Shown one piece after another: positions 12,128 through 24,130 of a stretch of DNA of 64,000 nucleotides. Under the pieces are notes generated by a model that searched no databases, was not told the origin of the DNA, and worked only from the letters and a program-made list of their open reading frames with translations. Source of the DNA: Eledone cirrhosa (lineage: Eukaryota); assembly GCA_964016885.1 (NCBI GenBank), contig OZ024759.1:9982001-10046000 (forward strand), given 5' to 3'. Position 1 is the first letter of the stretch. Every line of letters begins with the position of its first letter. The translations under genes and the position numbers were made by a program.

Positions 12128-12193
12128 TATTTCATTATACATATTTCAGGGATACCATATTAAAAATATGGCATGCCTTCTTCAGATAAAATA
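12128..12193 (-). ncRNA. Type I hammerhead ribozyme motif
   Basis: TATTTTAT-CTGAAGA-AGG C ATGCCATATT..AATATGGTAT C CCT-GAA-ATATGTAT-A-ATGAAATA. Confidence 0.85.
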
Positions 12194-12326
12194 TAATATA
12201 GATCAGTTTTATAAATAAATATTGACATACCCTTAAAGAATGCAACTATTTCTGTTGGAAGCTCCCAGTAATGATTGCATTCTTTAAGGGTATGTCAATA
12301 TTTATTTATAAAACTGATCTATATTA

Positions 12327-12391
12327 TATTTTATCTGATGAAAGCACACCATAATTTAACTTGGTGTCCTTGAAATATGTATAATGAAATA
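12327..12391 (+). ncRNA. Type I hammerhead ribozyme motif
   Basis: TATTTTAT-CTGATGA-AAG C ACACCA..TGGTGT C CTT-GAA-ATATGTAT-A-ATGAAATA. Confidence 0.85.
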
Positions 12392-12756
12392 AATATGGTT
12401 TTATAAATATAGTTTCCATTTGTTAATATCGTATATATACATATATATTTATTTTTTTAACTGTTGGTCAATCAATGATAGACATTGATTGCCAGCTAAA
12501 TTAACTATAGAGATATAAAATATACGGAAGCAAAAACCAACTCAAACCAAACAGTGTGTTTTATTATATATTTCTGGCAATATTATAACATGACCCTCCC
12601 CAAATATAACATTTACACTATTCTATATGTATTCTATATAACCCATCGAGGTTAACTTTGTCGATAAAATAAAGTACCAGTAATGTACTGGGTAATTGCT
12701 GGCCTTGTGCTAAAAGTAGAAACAATTGTTCTATATATACCATTATATTTTCAGAT

Positions 12757-12948
12757 GGCGGTGGATTGGCAGTATCGGTAGAGGGTCGGGCGCCATGCTT
12801 TGACGCATAGAGTTGCGGCCCTTGCCATTCTGAGTTCAAATCCCGCCGAGGTTTACTTTGCCTTCCATCCTTCCGGGGTCGATAAAATAAAGTACCAGTA
12901 ATACACTGGGTAATTGCTGGCCTTGTGCCAAAAAAGTAAAAACAATTC
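12757..12948 (+). mobile_element. SINE family B
   Basis: GGCGGTGGATTGGCAGTATCGGTAGAG head, B-box, conserved central domain. Confidence 0.85.
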
Positions 12949-13080
12949 TATTTTCAGTTAAGGCCTTACCTTGCATTAATTTCCAAAATATAAGATAAAA
13001 AAGAACTAAAATAATTGTTTCTACTTTTGGCACAAGGCCAGCAATTAACCAATGCATTACTGGTACTTTATTTTATCGAC

Positions 13081-13720
13081 CTGCCAGCTACCACCAATCA
13101 ACAAAAAGGCTGGCCAGGCAGCAAAAACCCTGCGAGAGTCAAGTCTGTTGGTTCGAGGGGCACAACTATTCAACTCCATTCCGGTACATGTCAGAAATCT
13201 ATCAGGATGCAGTGTGGAATCATTCAAATTGCAGCTGGATAGATACTTAAGCACCATTAGAGATGAACCCCATCTCCCAGGATATACACAACGAGCACAA
13301 ACTGACTCAAACTCGCTCCTACACATGTCAAAATTAAACAGAGAATCCAACCTGGCAACCACACAAGACTCTGAGGGTGGAGTCTTCGACTTGGCCTGAG
13401 CATGGACTCCAGTTGTTAGCTGTCGAGACACTGCATCCTTTAAGGCCTCCATGGAACAAACTACCTGCATCAGTTGTTAGCTGTCGAGACACTGCATCCT
13501 TTAAGGCCTCCATGGAACAAACTACCTGCATCAGTTGTTAGCTGTCGAGACACTGCATCCTTTAAGGCCTCCATGCTTCCCGAGATCCGCCAACACTACA
13601 GCTAACACATACACACATGTACTTCCCTGACATTTGTGTATTATTCTATGTACTATACATACACCTTTGACGAGTTGTAGTGCACCTGAGCACTTTACAC
13701 AATAATTTCATTATTATTTT
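13081..13720 (+). mobile_element. Two fused CR1-group LINE 3' ends, the second with a 61-bp tandem repeat
   Basis: RGAQLFNSIP..VRN...SVESFKLQLDRYL..I.DEP, then about 3 copies of a WNKLPASVVSCRDTASFK unit and a 3' UTR ending in (ATT)n. Confidence 0.85.
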
Positions 13721-13839
13721 AAACTCAAATGAAATGAAATGAAATGACCCCGTAAGGATGAAAGGCAAAGTTAACCTCGAATACAGCCAAAACAGCGCAT
13801 AATGAGAAAATACTTTGAACACAGATACCAGTAGCTTAC

Positions 13840-13929
13840 CTGGACAATAATATCTTCATAGTACCTTTGCTCAGCTTTAGCGGCGTGAAGGGCTTCAGTG
13901 ATCTTCTCCTTCACAGACAAGATCTGCAT
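13840..13929 (-). CDS. NDC80: NDC80 coding exon 11 (MQILSVKEKITEALHAAKAEQRYYEDIIVQ)
   Basis: tacag/gtaagc boundaries, 90 nt, phase 0-0. Confidence 0.88.
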
Positions 13930-13973
13930 CTGTAGCAATAAATTATAGAGGATTAAATGAATTCTGATTGTAT

Positions 13974-14806
13974 AGTGGTGGTGGAGGTGGTGATAGTGGT
14001 GGTAGTAGTGGAGGTGGTGATGGTGGAGGTGGTGAATGGTGGTGGTGGTGGTGGTGGTGCTAGTGGTGGTAGTGGAGGTGGTGGTGGTAGTGGTAGTGGA
14101 GGGTGGTGATAGTGGTGGTAGTGGTGGTGAATGGTGGTGGTGGTGGTGGTACTAGTGGAGGTGGTGGTAGTGGAGGTGGTGGTGGTGGTAGTGGAGGGTG
14201 GTGATAGTGGTGGTAGTTGAGGTGGTGGTGATAGTGGTAGTAGTGGAGGTGGTGGTGGAGAATGGTGAGTGGTGGTGGTAGTGGAGGGTGGTGATAGTGG
14301 TGGTGGTGGTGATAGTGGTAGTAGTGGAGATGGTGGAGAATGGTGATAGTGGCGGAAGTGGTGGTGGTGGTGGAGAATGGTGATAGTGGCGGAGGTGATG
14401 GTGGTGGTGGTGGAGAATGGTGATAGTGGCGGAGGTGGTGGTGGTGGTGGAGGGTGGTGGTGGTGGTGGTAGTGGAGGGTGGTGATAGTGGTGGAGGGGG
14501 TGGTGGTGACAGTGGTGGAGAATGGTGATAGTGGCGGAGGTGGTGGTGGTGACAGTGGTGCTAGTGGAGATGGTAGGTGGTGGTGGTGGAGGGTGGTGAG
14601 TGGTGGAGAATGGTGATAGTGGTGGTGGTGATAGAGGAGGTGGTGGTGATAGTGGTAGTAGTGGTGGTGGTGAAGGTTGTGTATAAATGGTGGTGATAGT
14701 TGTGGAGGTGGTGGTGGTGCTGGGTGGATATAGTAGTGTTGGTAGTAGTATTGGTGGTACTGATGGTGCTGTCTGTAGTAGTAGTAGTGGTGGTGGTGGT
14801 GGTGGA
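13974..14806. repeat. Degenerate (GGT/AGT/GGA)n trinucleotide tract
   Basis: Direct reading. Confidence 0.95.
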
Positions 14807-14877
14807 TCATAATATATATATATATATAAAATAATTAGGGGACAAAAAAAAAATCAGTGTTACATCATAACATATTT

Positions 14878-15074
14878 AATAACACATTACATATGTTTCA
14901 CTGCCGATCAGCTCGAGGAACAATCGATTGTGTTCGTTGCTGACTCTGGAATTGGAAGCTCCTCAGATCGATGTGAGAACACATCTTAGGAGCTTCCAAT
15001 ACCAGAGTCAGGAACGAATGTAATTCAATTGTTCCTCGAGCCGATCAGCAGTGAAACATATGTAATGTGTTATT
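14878..15074. ncRNA. Inverted pair of long-stem-II hammerhead motifs (second subtype, each partly damaged)
   Basis: Minus arm: CTGAGGA-GCT...AGT-GAA-ACATATGT-A with a weak stem I. Plus arm 14978-15071: 7-bp stem I AACACAT/ATGTGTT, but the core is mutated to CTTAGGA. Confidence 0.7.
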
Positions 15075-15540
15075 CATCATCATCATCATCATCATCATCG
15101 TTTAACGTCCATCTTCCACGCTTGCATGGGTTTGGACGGGAGTTTTCCCACTTGAGGCAAGAGTGGTTGTCTTGCTCGCATAGGACTGTCTGGCGGGTTT
15201 TCTACAGCTGGATGCCCTTCCTAACACCAACCACATTTACAGTGTGGGACTGGGAGGTTTTTACCGTGTTGCCTACATGGCCACATTACAGCGTGGACTG
15301 TGTGTTTTTTTGTCGTGACACCTACACGATCTCATTTGTTTCGGCCTGGATATTGTGGCACCAACATAACTTTACATTGAAAAGGGTGGTGTGGATGGGG
15401 TGGTGGTGGTGGGACGGGTGTATTTTGTTAGAGGTGCCTACTGACTGTAGTAGGTTTTACTTTGTATTTAGGTAAGGCGGATCTTCTCTATTACTGAGTA
15501 CCGCCAAAGATCTCGGTCCAGTGACATTGTCTTGGAGAGG
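15075..15540 (-). mobile_element. RTE-related non-autonomous element
   Basis: Same tail and body as 4782-5190. Confidence 0.8.
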
Positions 15541-15713
15541 TGTATTAAATATGTATATAATATTAAATATGGATATAATATTAAATATGTATATAATGTA
15601 ACACTGATTCTTTGTCCCCTTATATATTATTGATACTCTGCCCCGCAATAGCATCGAGTGCTCATCTTGGCATACCGCCTGGGAACGGAATCCAATTACT
15701 ACTTATATATATA

Positions 15714-16799
15714 TACCTGTATATGCTGGCGTATAAGTCGACATTTGGAGCCTAAACATATCTCTCCAAAACCAGGAGTTGACTTGTCCACCAAATATAA
15801 AATGTGAACCTTTACCACTGATGGGTAAACAGTGAAACTGCCTGCCTAACACTCGTTGTACACCACTTACCATAACTCTAGCAGTCCACCACAATTATTT
15901 TCTACTGAACCTCATATTTGTGAAGTTTATTTAACGTAGAGATTATAATATTAATGACTTGCTGTAGCTCATAGGGTAGGTTACCATAGGGTAGGTTACC
16001 ATAGGTAGGTTACCACAGGGTAGGGTACCATAGAGTAGGTTACCATAGGGTAGGTTACCATAGGGTAGGTTACCATAGGGTAGGGTACCATAGGGTATGT
16101 TGCTACAGGGTAGGTTACCATAGGGTAGGGTACCATAGGGTATGTTGCTACAGGGTAGGTTACCATAGGGTATGTTGCTACAGGGTAGGTTACCGTAGAG
16201 TAGGTTACCATAGGTTAGGTTACCATAGGATAGGTTACCATAGGGTAGTGTACCATAGGGTAAGTTACCATAGAGTAGGGTACCGTAGAGTAGGTTATCA
16301 TAGGGTAGGTTAACATAGCGTAGGGTACCATAGGGTAGGTTACCGTAGAGTAGGTTACCATAGGGTAGGTTACTATAAGGTAGGTTACCATACGGTAGGT
16401 TACCATAGAGTAGGTTACTGTAGGGTAGGTTACCATACGGTAGGTTACCATAGAGTAGGTTACTGTAGGGTAGGTTACCATATGTTGGTTACCATACGAT
16501 AGGTTACCATAGAGTAGGTTACTATAGGTTAGGTTACCATAGGTTCGTTAAGGTGAGGCTAGGCTGGTTTACTTAGTTACAACTCACTTGTAACTGAAGT
16601 ATTTTAGAAGAAGTGATTTATTTTACAACTATTTAGTGTTTATTTCCATGTTTTATATTTTGTGCAAACAAATATCAAGCACGTTTAGGGCTGGGGAGAT
16701 GGCACTGCCTTGTTGTCTGGCGGATATAAGCCTAAACCCTCACAAATTTAGGGGGTCGACTTATGCACCTGATCCACTTGTACGCTGGCATATATGGTA
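15714..16799. mobile_element. TcMar-type MITE containing a 15-bp satellite
   Basis: Imperfect inverted termini TACCTGTATATGCTGGCGTATAAGTCGAC ... CCACTTGTACGCTGGCATATATGGTA, TA-flanked. Confidence 0.6.
15970..16545. repeat. 15-bp minisatellite (TAGGTTACCATAGGG)n
   Basis: Direct reading. Confidence 0.95.
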
Positions 16800-16830
16800 T
16801 ATTAAAAAAAACCCTGTAAACTAAACTAAC

Positions 16831-16977
16831 CTTGAGATTCTGTATTTGTTCTGGTGTGGTGTCAAACAGACTTCCAGGTTTCATTTCAAAATCTAAACCT
16901 CCGGCGTTTTCTGCTGTTGATGGAATCAACTTCAACTTCCGAGCTAGTGTGTTGTATTGCTGGGCATTATTGTTTAG
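16831..16977 (-). CDS. NDC80: NDC80 coding exon 10 (Ndc80 loop, LNNNAQQYNTLARKLKLIPSTAENAGGLDFEMKP...NLK)
   Basis: catcag/gttagt boundaries, 147 nt. Confidence 0.96.
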
Positions 16978-17329
16978 CTGATGGAAGATATTCAAAAATA
17001 TGCTAATAAAAATCTCCTCCTCCTCATCATCATCATCATCATCATCACAACCATTTAACATCTCATTCTATTTCTCTTCACAACATACATCACAGGCTCT
17101 ATTCCTCTCACCCAGTCACTTTCATCCTCCCTCAACACATGACCCAATAGTAAAAGTGAATCATCATCATCATCATCATCATCAATACTGTGGAATGCAC
17201 CAATGTACCCATGGTTATCTGTATACAGGGTGGAACATGGAGGGAGGAGGGCATTAACTCTTTAGCATTTAAACCAGCCATATCCAACCAGAATTCTCTC
17301 AAGGTATTGGTGTCAAAATAAATAGCAAA

Positions 17330-18880
17330 ATCTCATAAGTAAATATAGAGTAATGTAAATGTTATGTGAGATATTATGTGAGGTAAAGTCTTTACCATGA
17401 AAATATAATAGTATATATAGAGTAATGTAAATGTTATGTGAGATATTATGTGAGGTAAAGCCTTTACTGTGACAATACAATAGTATATATAGAGTAATGT
17501 AAATGTTATGTGAGATATTATGTGAGGTAAAGCCTTTACTGTGAAAATACAATAGTATATATAGAGAGTAATGTAAATGTCATGTGAGATATTATGTGAG
17601 GTAAAGCCTTTACTGTGACAATACAATAGTATATATAGAGTAATGTAAATGTTATGTGAGATATTATGTGAGGTAAAGCCTTTACTGTGAAAATACAATA
17701 GTATATATAGAGAGTAATGTAAATGTCATGTGAGATATTATGTGAGGTAAAGCCTCTACTGTGACAATACAATAGTATATATAGAGAGTAATGTAAATGT
17801 CATGTGAGATATTATGTGAGGTAAAGCCTCTACTGTGACAATACAATAGTATATATAGAGTAATGTAAATGTTATGTGAGATATTATGAGAGGTAAAGCC
17901 TTTACTGTGACAATACAATAGTATATATAGAGTAATGTAAATGTTATGTAAGATATTATGAGAGGTAAAGCCTTTACTGTGACAATACAATAGTATATAT
18001 AGAGTAATGTAAATGTTATGTGAGATATTATGTGAGGTAAAGCCTCTACTGTGACAATACAATAGTATATATAGAGTAATGTAAATGTTATGTGAGATAT
18101 TATGAGAGGTAAAGCCTTTACTGTGACAATACAATAGTATATATAGAGTAATGTAAATGTTATGTGAGATATTATGTGAGGTAAAGCCTCTACTGTGACA
18201 ATACAATAGTATATATAGAGTAATGTAAATGTTATGTGAGATATTATGAGAGGTAAAGCCTTTACTGTGACAATACAATAGTATATATAGAGTAATGTAA
18301 ATGTTATGTGAGATATTATGTGAGGTAAAGCCTTTACTGTGACAATACAATAGTATATATAGAGTAATGTAAATGTTATGTGAGATATTATGTGAGGTAA
18401 AGTCTTTACTGTGAAAATACAATAGTATATATAGAGTAATGTAAATGTTATGTGAGATATTATGTGAGGTAAAGTCTTTACTGTGAAAATACAATAGTAT
18501 ATATAGAGTAATGTAAATGTTATGTGAGATATTATGTGAGGTAAAGCCTTTACTGTGACAATACAATAGTATATATAGAGTAATGTAAATGTTATGTGAG
18601 ATATTATGTGAGGTAAAGCCTTTACTGTGACAATACAATAGTATATATAGAGTAATGTAAATGTTATGTGAGATATTATGTGAGGTAAAGCCTTTACTGT
18701 GACAATACAATAGTATATATAGAGTAATGTAAATGTTATGTGAGATATTATGTGAGGTAAAGCCTTTACTGTGACAATACAATAGTATATATAGAGTAAT
18801 GTAAATGTTATGTGAGATATGATGTGAGGTAAAGACTTTACTGTGACAATACAATAGTATATATAGAGTAATGTAAATGG
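17330..18880. repeat. 72-bp satellite derived from the piggyBac-like MITE
   Basis: About 21 units. The unit matches the MITE subterminal sequence (TACAATAGTA.ATATAGAGTAATGTAAATG). Confidence 0.95.
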
Positions 18881-18980
18881 TAATGGGTTAATCTTTTCTC
18901 CACCCATGTTTACTGTTGGACCAGGCTGGGATTTCAACACAAATCTCCGAGTATAAAGCACAATGTTGTGTATAGTTTAC

Positions 18981-19186
18981 CTTCTCTTGGAGTTTTCCAA
19001 TTTCCAGTTCTTTATTCCAAATGTCCTGGTCTATCTCCGCTTCCTCCCCTTCCAATGTCTCCAGCTGGCTGTGGAGCTGTGACTCCTCAAACTTCATCCT
19101 CTCAGCATCACCAGGACTACATTCCTGATTATCAAATATCACTTGAAGTGACTTCAGCTGGGCCTCCAAGGACCCGTACTCCACAT
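18981..19186 (-). CDS. NDC80: NDC80 coding exon 9 (VEYGSLEAQLKSLQVIFDNQECSPGDAERMKFE...IWNKELEIGKLQEK)
   Basis: ccag/gtaaac boundaries, 206 nt, DNQ..S..D.ERM and W..EL motifs. Confidence 0.95.
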
Positions 19187-19192
19187 CTGGTT

Positions 19193-19665
19193 TAGAGAGA
19201 GAGAGGGGGGGGGGATTAGAGAGAGAGGACTGTACTAGAGGAGGGCAAAGAGAGAGAGAGAGGGGGGTAGAGGAAGAGAAAGAGAGAGGAAGAGAGGGAC
19301 AGAGAGAGAAAGAGTAGGGGAAGAGAGAAGAGTGAGAGGGGAATGAGAGGGGAGAGGGGGGAAGAAGAGTGAGAATGGGGGGGGGGTGAGGAAAGAGAGA
19401 GGAATGAGAGGAGAGAGAGAGAAAGAGTAGGGGAAGAGAGAAGAGTGAGAGGGAAATGAGAGGGGAGAGGGGGGGGAGAAGAGTGAGAAGGGGGGGTGAG
19501 AGGGGTGAGGAAAGAGAGAGGAATGAGAGGAGGGGAGGGGAAGAGAGAAGAGTGGGAGGGACGGGGAAGAGAGAAGAGTGGGAAGGGGTGGGGAATGAGA
19601 AGGGAGAGAGGGGATGGGGAAAGAGAGAGGAATGTGTGTGTGTGTGTGTGGGTGTGGGGGTGTGG
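19193..19665. repeat. Homopurine GA-rich tract plus (GT)n, directly upstream of the exon 9 acceptor
   Basis: Direct reading. Confidence 0.9.
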
Positions 19666-19899
19666 GACTGTATGTATATAGACCTGTAATTGCTGCTGGG
19701 GTAGTAGGGGTGTGGAACTGACATACGGAGTCTCATGGCCGCTGCCTTGTTTCAAACTAAACACAGTTGATTTCTTCGAGAGAAGGAAGATAGAGAAGAA
19801 GTGAGAAAGAGATGTACAGATGTACAGGGCTACTAACTACCGTATATCCCCGTGCTGAAGCTCCTTCGTCCTCGAGGGTGCACCCTAATTTTGACAACA

Positions 19900-20410
19900 A
19901 AATAATTGTTTCTACTTTAGGCACAAGGCCAGCAATCACCCAGTGTATTACTGGTACTTTATTTTATCGACCCCGTAAGGATGAAAGGCAAAGTCAACCT
20001 CGGCGGGATTTGAACTCAGACCGTAAAGGGACGTAACTATGCTGGAAAGCATGGCGTTCGACCCTCTACCGATACTGCCAATCCACCACCCTAACATGGC
20101 GTCCGACCCTCTACCGATACTGCCAATCCACCACCCTAACATGGCGTCCGACCCTCTACCGACACTGCCAATCCACCGCCTATTTTAAAACAAATAATAA
20201 ACTATTTTAAAACAAATAATTGTTTCTATTTTAGGCACAAGGCCAGCATTTACCCAGTACATTACTGGTACTTTATTTTATCGACCCCGTAAGGATGAAA
20301 GGTAAAGTTACCCTCGGCGGGATTTGAACTCAGATCATAAAGGGACGTAACTCTTTGCTTCAAAGCATGGTGTCCGACTCTCTACCGATACTGCCAATCA
20401 ACTGCCCATA
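19900..20410 (-). mobile_element. Two tandem SINE family B copies
   Basis: Family consensus. The first copy has a triplicated head segment. Confidence 0.85.
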
Positions 20411-20920
20411 TTTTAAAACAAATAAACATCCTTCGGCCTCCAGGACGCATGGTAGATTTTTGAGACTTATTTTAGGAAAGAAGTAGAGTCTTCGACACCA
20501 GGAAATACAGTACTTTTATTGACCTTGAAAGGTTGGAAAGTAAAGTTGACCTCGGTGGGTTTTGAACTCAGAGTGCAGAGCCAGAAGCAAGGAACCAATA
20601 CTGCAGAGCATTCTATCAAATGTTCTAACTGATAATTCACTGTGTAAGTAAAGGTAGTATAAAGGAACGATAAAGGAACGATAAAGGAACGATCGACTTT
20701 CGTCAAATCGGACCGAGGGAACAATGTTTCCGTTGATCTTTCCAATTGCTAATACTATCTATCGGTCGCAACTCCAGGTAGAAGGAGCAATGTGAAATAA
20801 AGTGTCTTGCTCAAGGACATAACGCATCGCCTGGTCCAGGAATCGAACTCACAACCTTACGATTGCGAATCCAATTCTCTAACCACTCAGCCACACGCCT
20901 TCACTTAGGTAGTATCTTAC

Positions 20921-21065
20921 CTAATAATTCAGCTTCTTTTGTCTCCTTTTCAATATTCTTGTCCAGTTTCTCTTTACAGGTGTACAGCTCTGCCATGTAA
21001 TTTGTCATACGACCTATGTCCTGTTCTTGTATTGCCTTATTTTCACGCATTCTTTCCAGGTCATC
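20921..21065 (-). CDS. NDC80: NDC80 coding exon 8 (DDLERMRENKAIQEQDIGRMTNYMAEL...EAELL)
   Basis: aag/gtaaga boundaries, 145 nt, coiled coil. Confidence 0.92.
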
Positions 21066-21327
21066 CTTCAAATACAGATGAAAAGGACCATGTGGAGTAG
21101 GGGAAGATTTTGTGTAGGGAAGGGGTTTCTCATTCAGGAACAAGTCCAACAATTTTGGGGGAAGTGAAAGTCAATTAACATTTAAACCTATCTCTCACCA
21201 CTTTCTCTTCAAACAGGCCACTCATACTTATCTTAAAGTATTGTTCTCAAAATAATATCAAATTGACGTAGATTCGATATTGTGAGAGAAAATTATGAAA
21301 GATAAAATGTTTAGTGTAAATATATAA

Positions 21328-22012
21328 TAGGCACATGGCTTAGTGGTTAGAGCATTGGGCTTGCAAACAAAAGGTTGTGAGTTCAATTCTCAGACCGGGT
21401 GATCTGTTGTTTCCTTGAGCAAGACACTTTATTTCACATTGCTCCAGTTTACTCAGCTGTAGAAATGAGATGATAGGACTGGGGTCCCTATCATTCCACT
21501 GCAAAGTGGCGCCATGGAAAAAAAAAAAAAAAGCACCCAGCACTCACTGTAAATGAGGTTGGTGTTAGGAAGGGCATCCAGCTGTAGAAATCAAACCAGA
21601 ATCAGTTCCAGTCCCACCCTTGCAAGCAGGGAAAAGCGGACGTAAAATGATGATGATGATAGAGTAATCATCATCATTTCATCATTTCATTTCACGTCCG
21701 CTTTTCCCTGCTTGCAAGGGTAGGACGGGAACCGATTCTGGCTTGATTTCTACAGCTGGATGCCCTTCCTAACACCAACCTCATTTACAGTGAGTGCTGG
21801 GTGCTTTTTTGCCGTGGCACCTTCACGACCACTTTGCAGTGGAATGATAGGGACCCCTGTCCCTATCATCTCATTTCTACAGCTGAGTAAACTGGAGCAA
21901 TGTGAAATAAAGTGTCTTGCTCAAGGAAACAACACATCACCCGGTCTGAGAATTGAACTCACAACCTTTCAATTGCAAAGCCAATGCTCTAACCACTAAG
22001 CCATGTGCCTCC
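21328..22012. mobile_element. Tail-to-tail inverted pair of SINE family A
   Basis: Plus copy 21328-21660, minus copy 21668-22012. Confidence 0.92.
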
Positions 22013-22417
22013 AGTAATGTAAATGCTAAAGGGTTAAACAGGCTATATATGGCCAGAATTTTCTCACTTCTTTCTGTTCAAACCAGCTGTAACTAACCAG
22101 TTATACTGATGTTAAGGTATTGTTCTCAAAATAAATATCAAAATCTCATAGATTCGATATTATATGAGATAAAAACGTTTACCGTAAAAAATACAATAGT
22201 AAATATAGAGTAATATAAGTGCTAAAGGGTTAAATTGACCTCAGTGCATTACCGGTACTTGATTTTATTGACCCCGTAAGGATGAAAGGCAAAGTTAACC
22301 TCGGCAGGATTTGAATTCAGAATGTAAAGGGCTGTAACTCTATGCTGTGAAGCATGTTGTCCAACGCTCTACCGATACTGCCAATCCACCATATATTAAT
22401 ATATAAGGGAACAAAGA

Positions 22418-22705
22418 ATGATGGTGGTGGTGATGATGGTGGTGGTGGTGGTGGTGGTAGTGGTGGTGATGGTGGTTATGACGATGATGATGGTGGTGGT
22501 GGTGGTTATGATGATGATGATGGTGATGGTAGTGACAATGATGGTGGTGGTAGTTATGATGATGGTGGTGGTGGTGATGGTAGTGACAATGATGGTGGTG
22601 GTAGTTATGACGATGATGATGGTAGTTATGATGATGGTAGTGACAATGATGATGGTGGTGGTGGTAGTTATGACGATGATGATGGTAGCTATGGTGATGG
22701 TGGTA
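22418..22705. repeat. (GAT/GGT)n degenerate trinucleotide tract
   Basis: Direct reading. Confidence 0.95.
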
Positions 22706-22763
22706 ATGCAGCATTCCATGACGAAAGTGGAGTAGAGAAAGTGTGAGTATGTTGGTGTATGTA

Positions 22764-23936
22764 CGAGGTGTGTGAGAAAAGTTCCAGGACTAATGTCACA
22801 AAAGATTTATTTCAAACCCAAACTTCACACTAAGAGTTTTCTCCTTCAAAGTAATCCCCCTGGAGTCTAATGCACTTTTCCATCCTTTTCTGCCTCGCTT
22901 GCATGCACTCCTGGAAGGATTCTTCCGTGATCCTCCGCACTTCTGTCGTCACGGCCTTTTTGATGTCGTCCACGTCTTCAAAACGGGTCCCCTTCGGGTC
23001 GTACTCGAAGATCCATGACTCATCACCGGTGATGACTGTCCCTAGCAAGTCTGGTTCCGTTTCAAGACTCTCGAGGATGTCCTGGCACACTTGCATGCGT
23101 CGACCCTTCTGGTCATTGTTCAGCAGTTTTGGCACCATCTTCGCGCAGACTTTCCACATGTCCAAATCTTCAGTGAGAATCTTCCAGACGCTGTCCCGAT
23201 TCATGCCCAGCTCATTTGCCATCAGTCGAACAGTCAGCCGACGATCGCTACGCACCATCTGCCTGACGCGCTCAACGTTGACCTCCATCCTGGTTGTTGA
23301 GGGCCTTCCACTCCTGGGGTCATCTTCCACGTCCTCACTTCCTTCTTTAAACCTCTTGCACCACTCAAAAACACGTGAGCGAGACATCGTCTCATCTCCA
23401 TACACTTGCTGCAGCTATCCCAGTGCTTCTGACGGAGTTTTCCCCAACCGTACCAGAAACTTCAAGTTTGTTCGCTGCTCTGTGCTCATTGCTTGACGAC
23501 CTGAAACAGAGGACATCATCATCATCATCATTTCATTTTACGTCCGCTTTTCCCTGCTTGCAAGGGTGGGACGGGAACTGATTCTGGCTTGATTTCTACA
23601 GCTGGATGCTCTTCCTAACACCAACCTCATTTACAGTGGGTGCTGGGTGCTTTTTTGCCGTGGCACCTCCACGACCACTCTACAGTGAAATGATAGGGAC
23701 TGGGGTCCCTATCTCATTTCTACAGCTGAGTAAACTGGAGCAATGTGAAATAAAGTGTCTTGCTCAAGGAATGTATATAAAATTATGAAGAAAAAAGTTT
23801 GATCGCCGCAGAGAGCTAAGATTACAGTTACATACTCCAGGGGGATTACTTTGAAGGAGAAAACTCTTAGTGTGAAGTTTGGGTTTGAAATAAATCTTTT
23901 GTGACATCAGTCCTGGAACTTTTCTGATACACCTCG
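22764..23936 (-). mobile_element. Internally deleted mariner transposon with a nested SINE A (about 23514-23770)
   Basis: TA-flanked, 103-bp inverted ends. Transposase from ATG 23489 has an in-frame TAG, HTH region RVFEWCKRF..G...DDPRSGRP, AKMVPKLL, TGDESWIFEYDP joined directly to KGTRF, and ends GDYFEG. Confidence 0.93.
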
Positions 23937-24035
23937 TATATATATATATATATGTGTATATATAAATATGCATGTGTTGGTATGTGTGTGTGTGTATATA
24001 TATATATAATATATGTGTGTGTATGTGTTACTCAC

Positions 24036-24130
24036 CTCAACACATTCACATTCCTGTAACTTCTTCCTCAATATTACATTCTCCTGCTCCACCTTCTCAA
24101 CTTCGCTGTTACTTACAGCTAGTTTCTCTT
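24036..24130 (-). CDS. NDC80: NDC80 coding exon 7 (EKLAVSNSEVEKVEQENVILRKKLQECECVE)
   Basis: ttccag/gtgagt boundaries, 95 nt, phase 1-0. An in-frame alternative acceptor exists at 24169. Confidence 0.87.

Noticed and set aside
13953-14810. His/Pro/Thr-rich ORF, and similar ones at 22340-22746
   Set aside because: Trinucleotide low-complexity DNA.
15970-16545. Telomere-like TAGGG repeats
   Set aside because: The unit is a 15-mer, not TTAGGG, and it lies inside a MITE in an intron.
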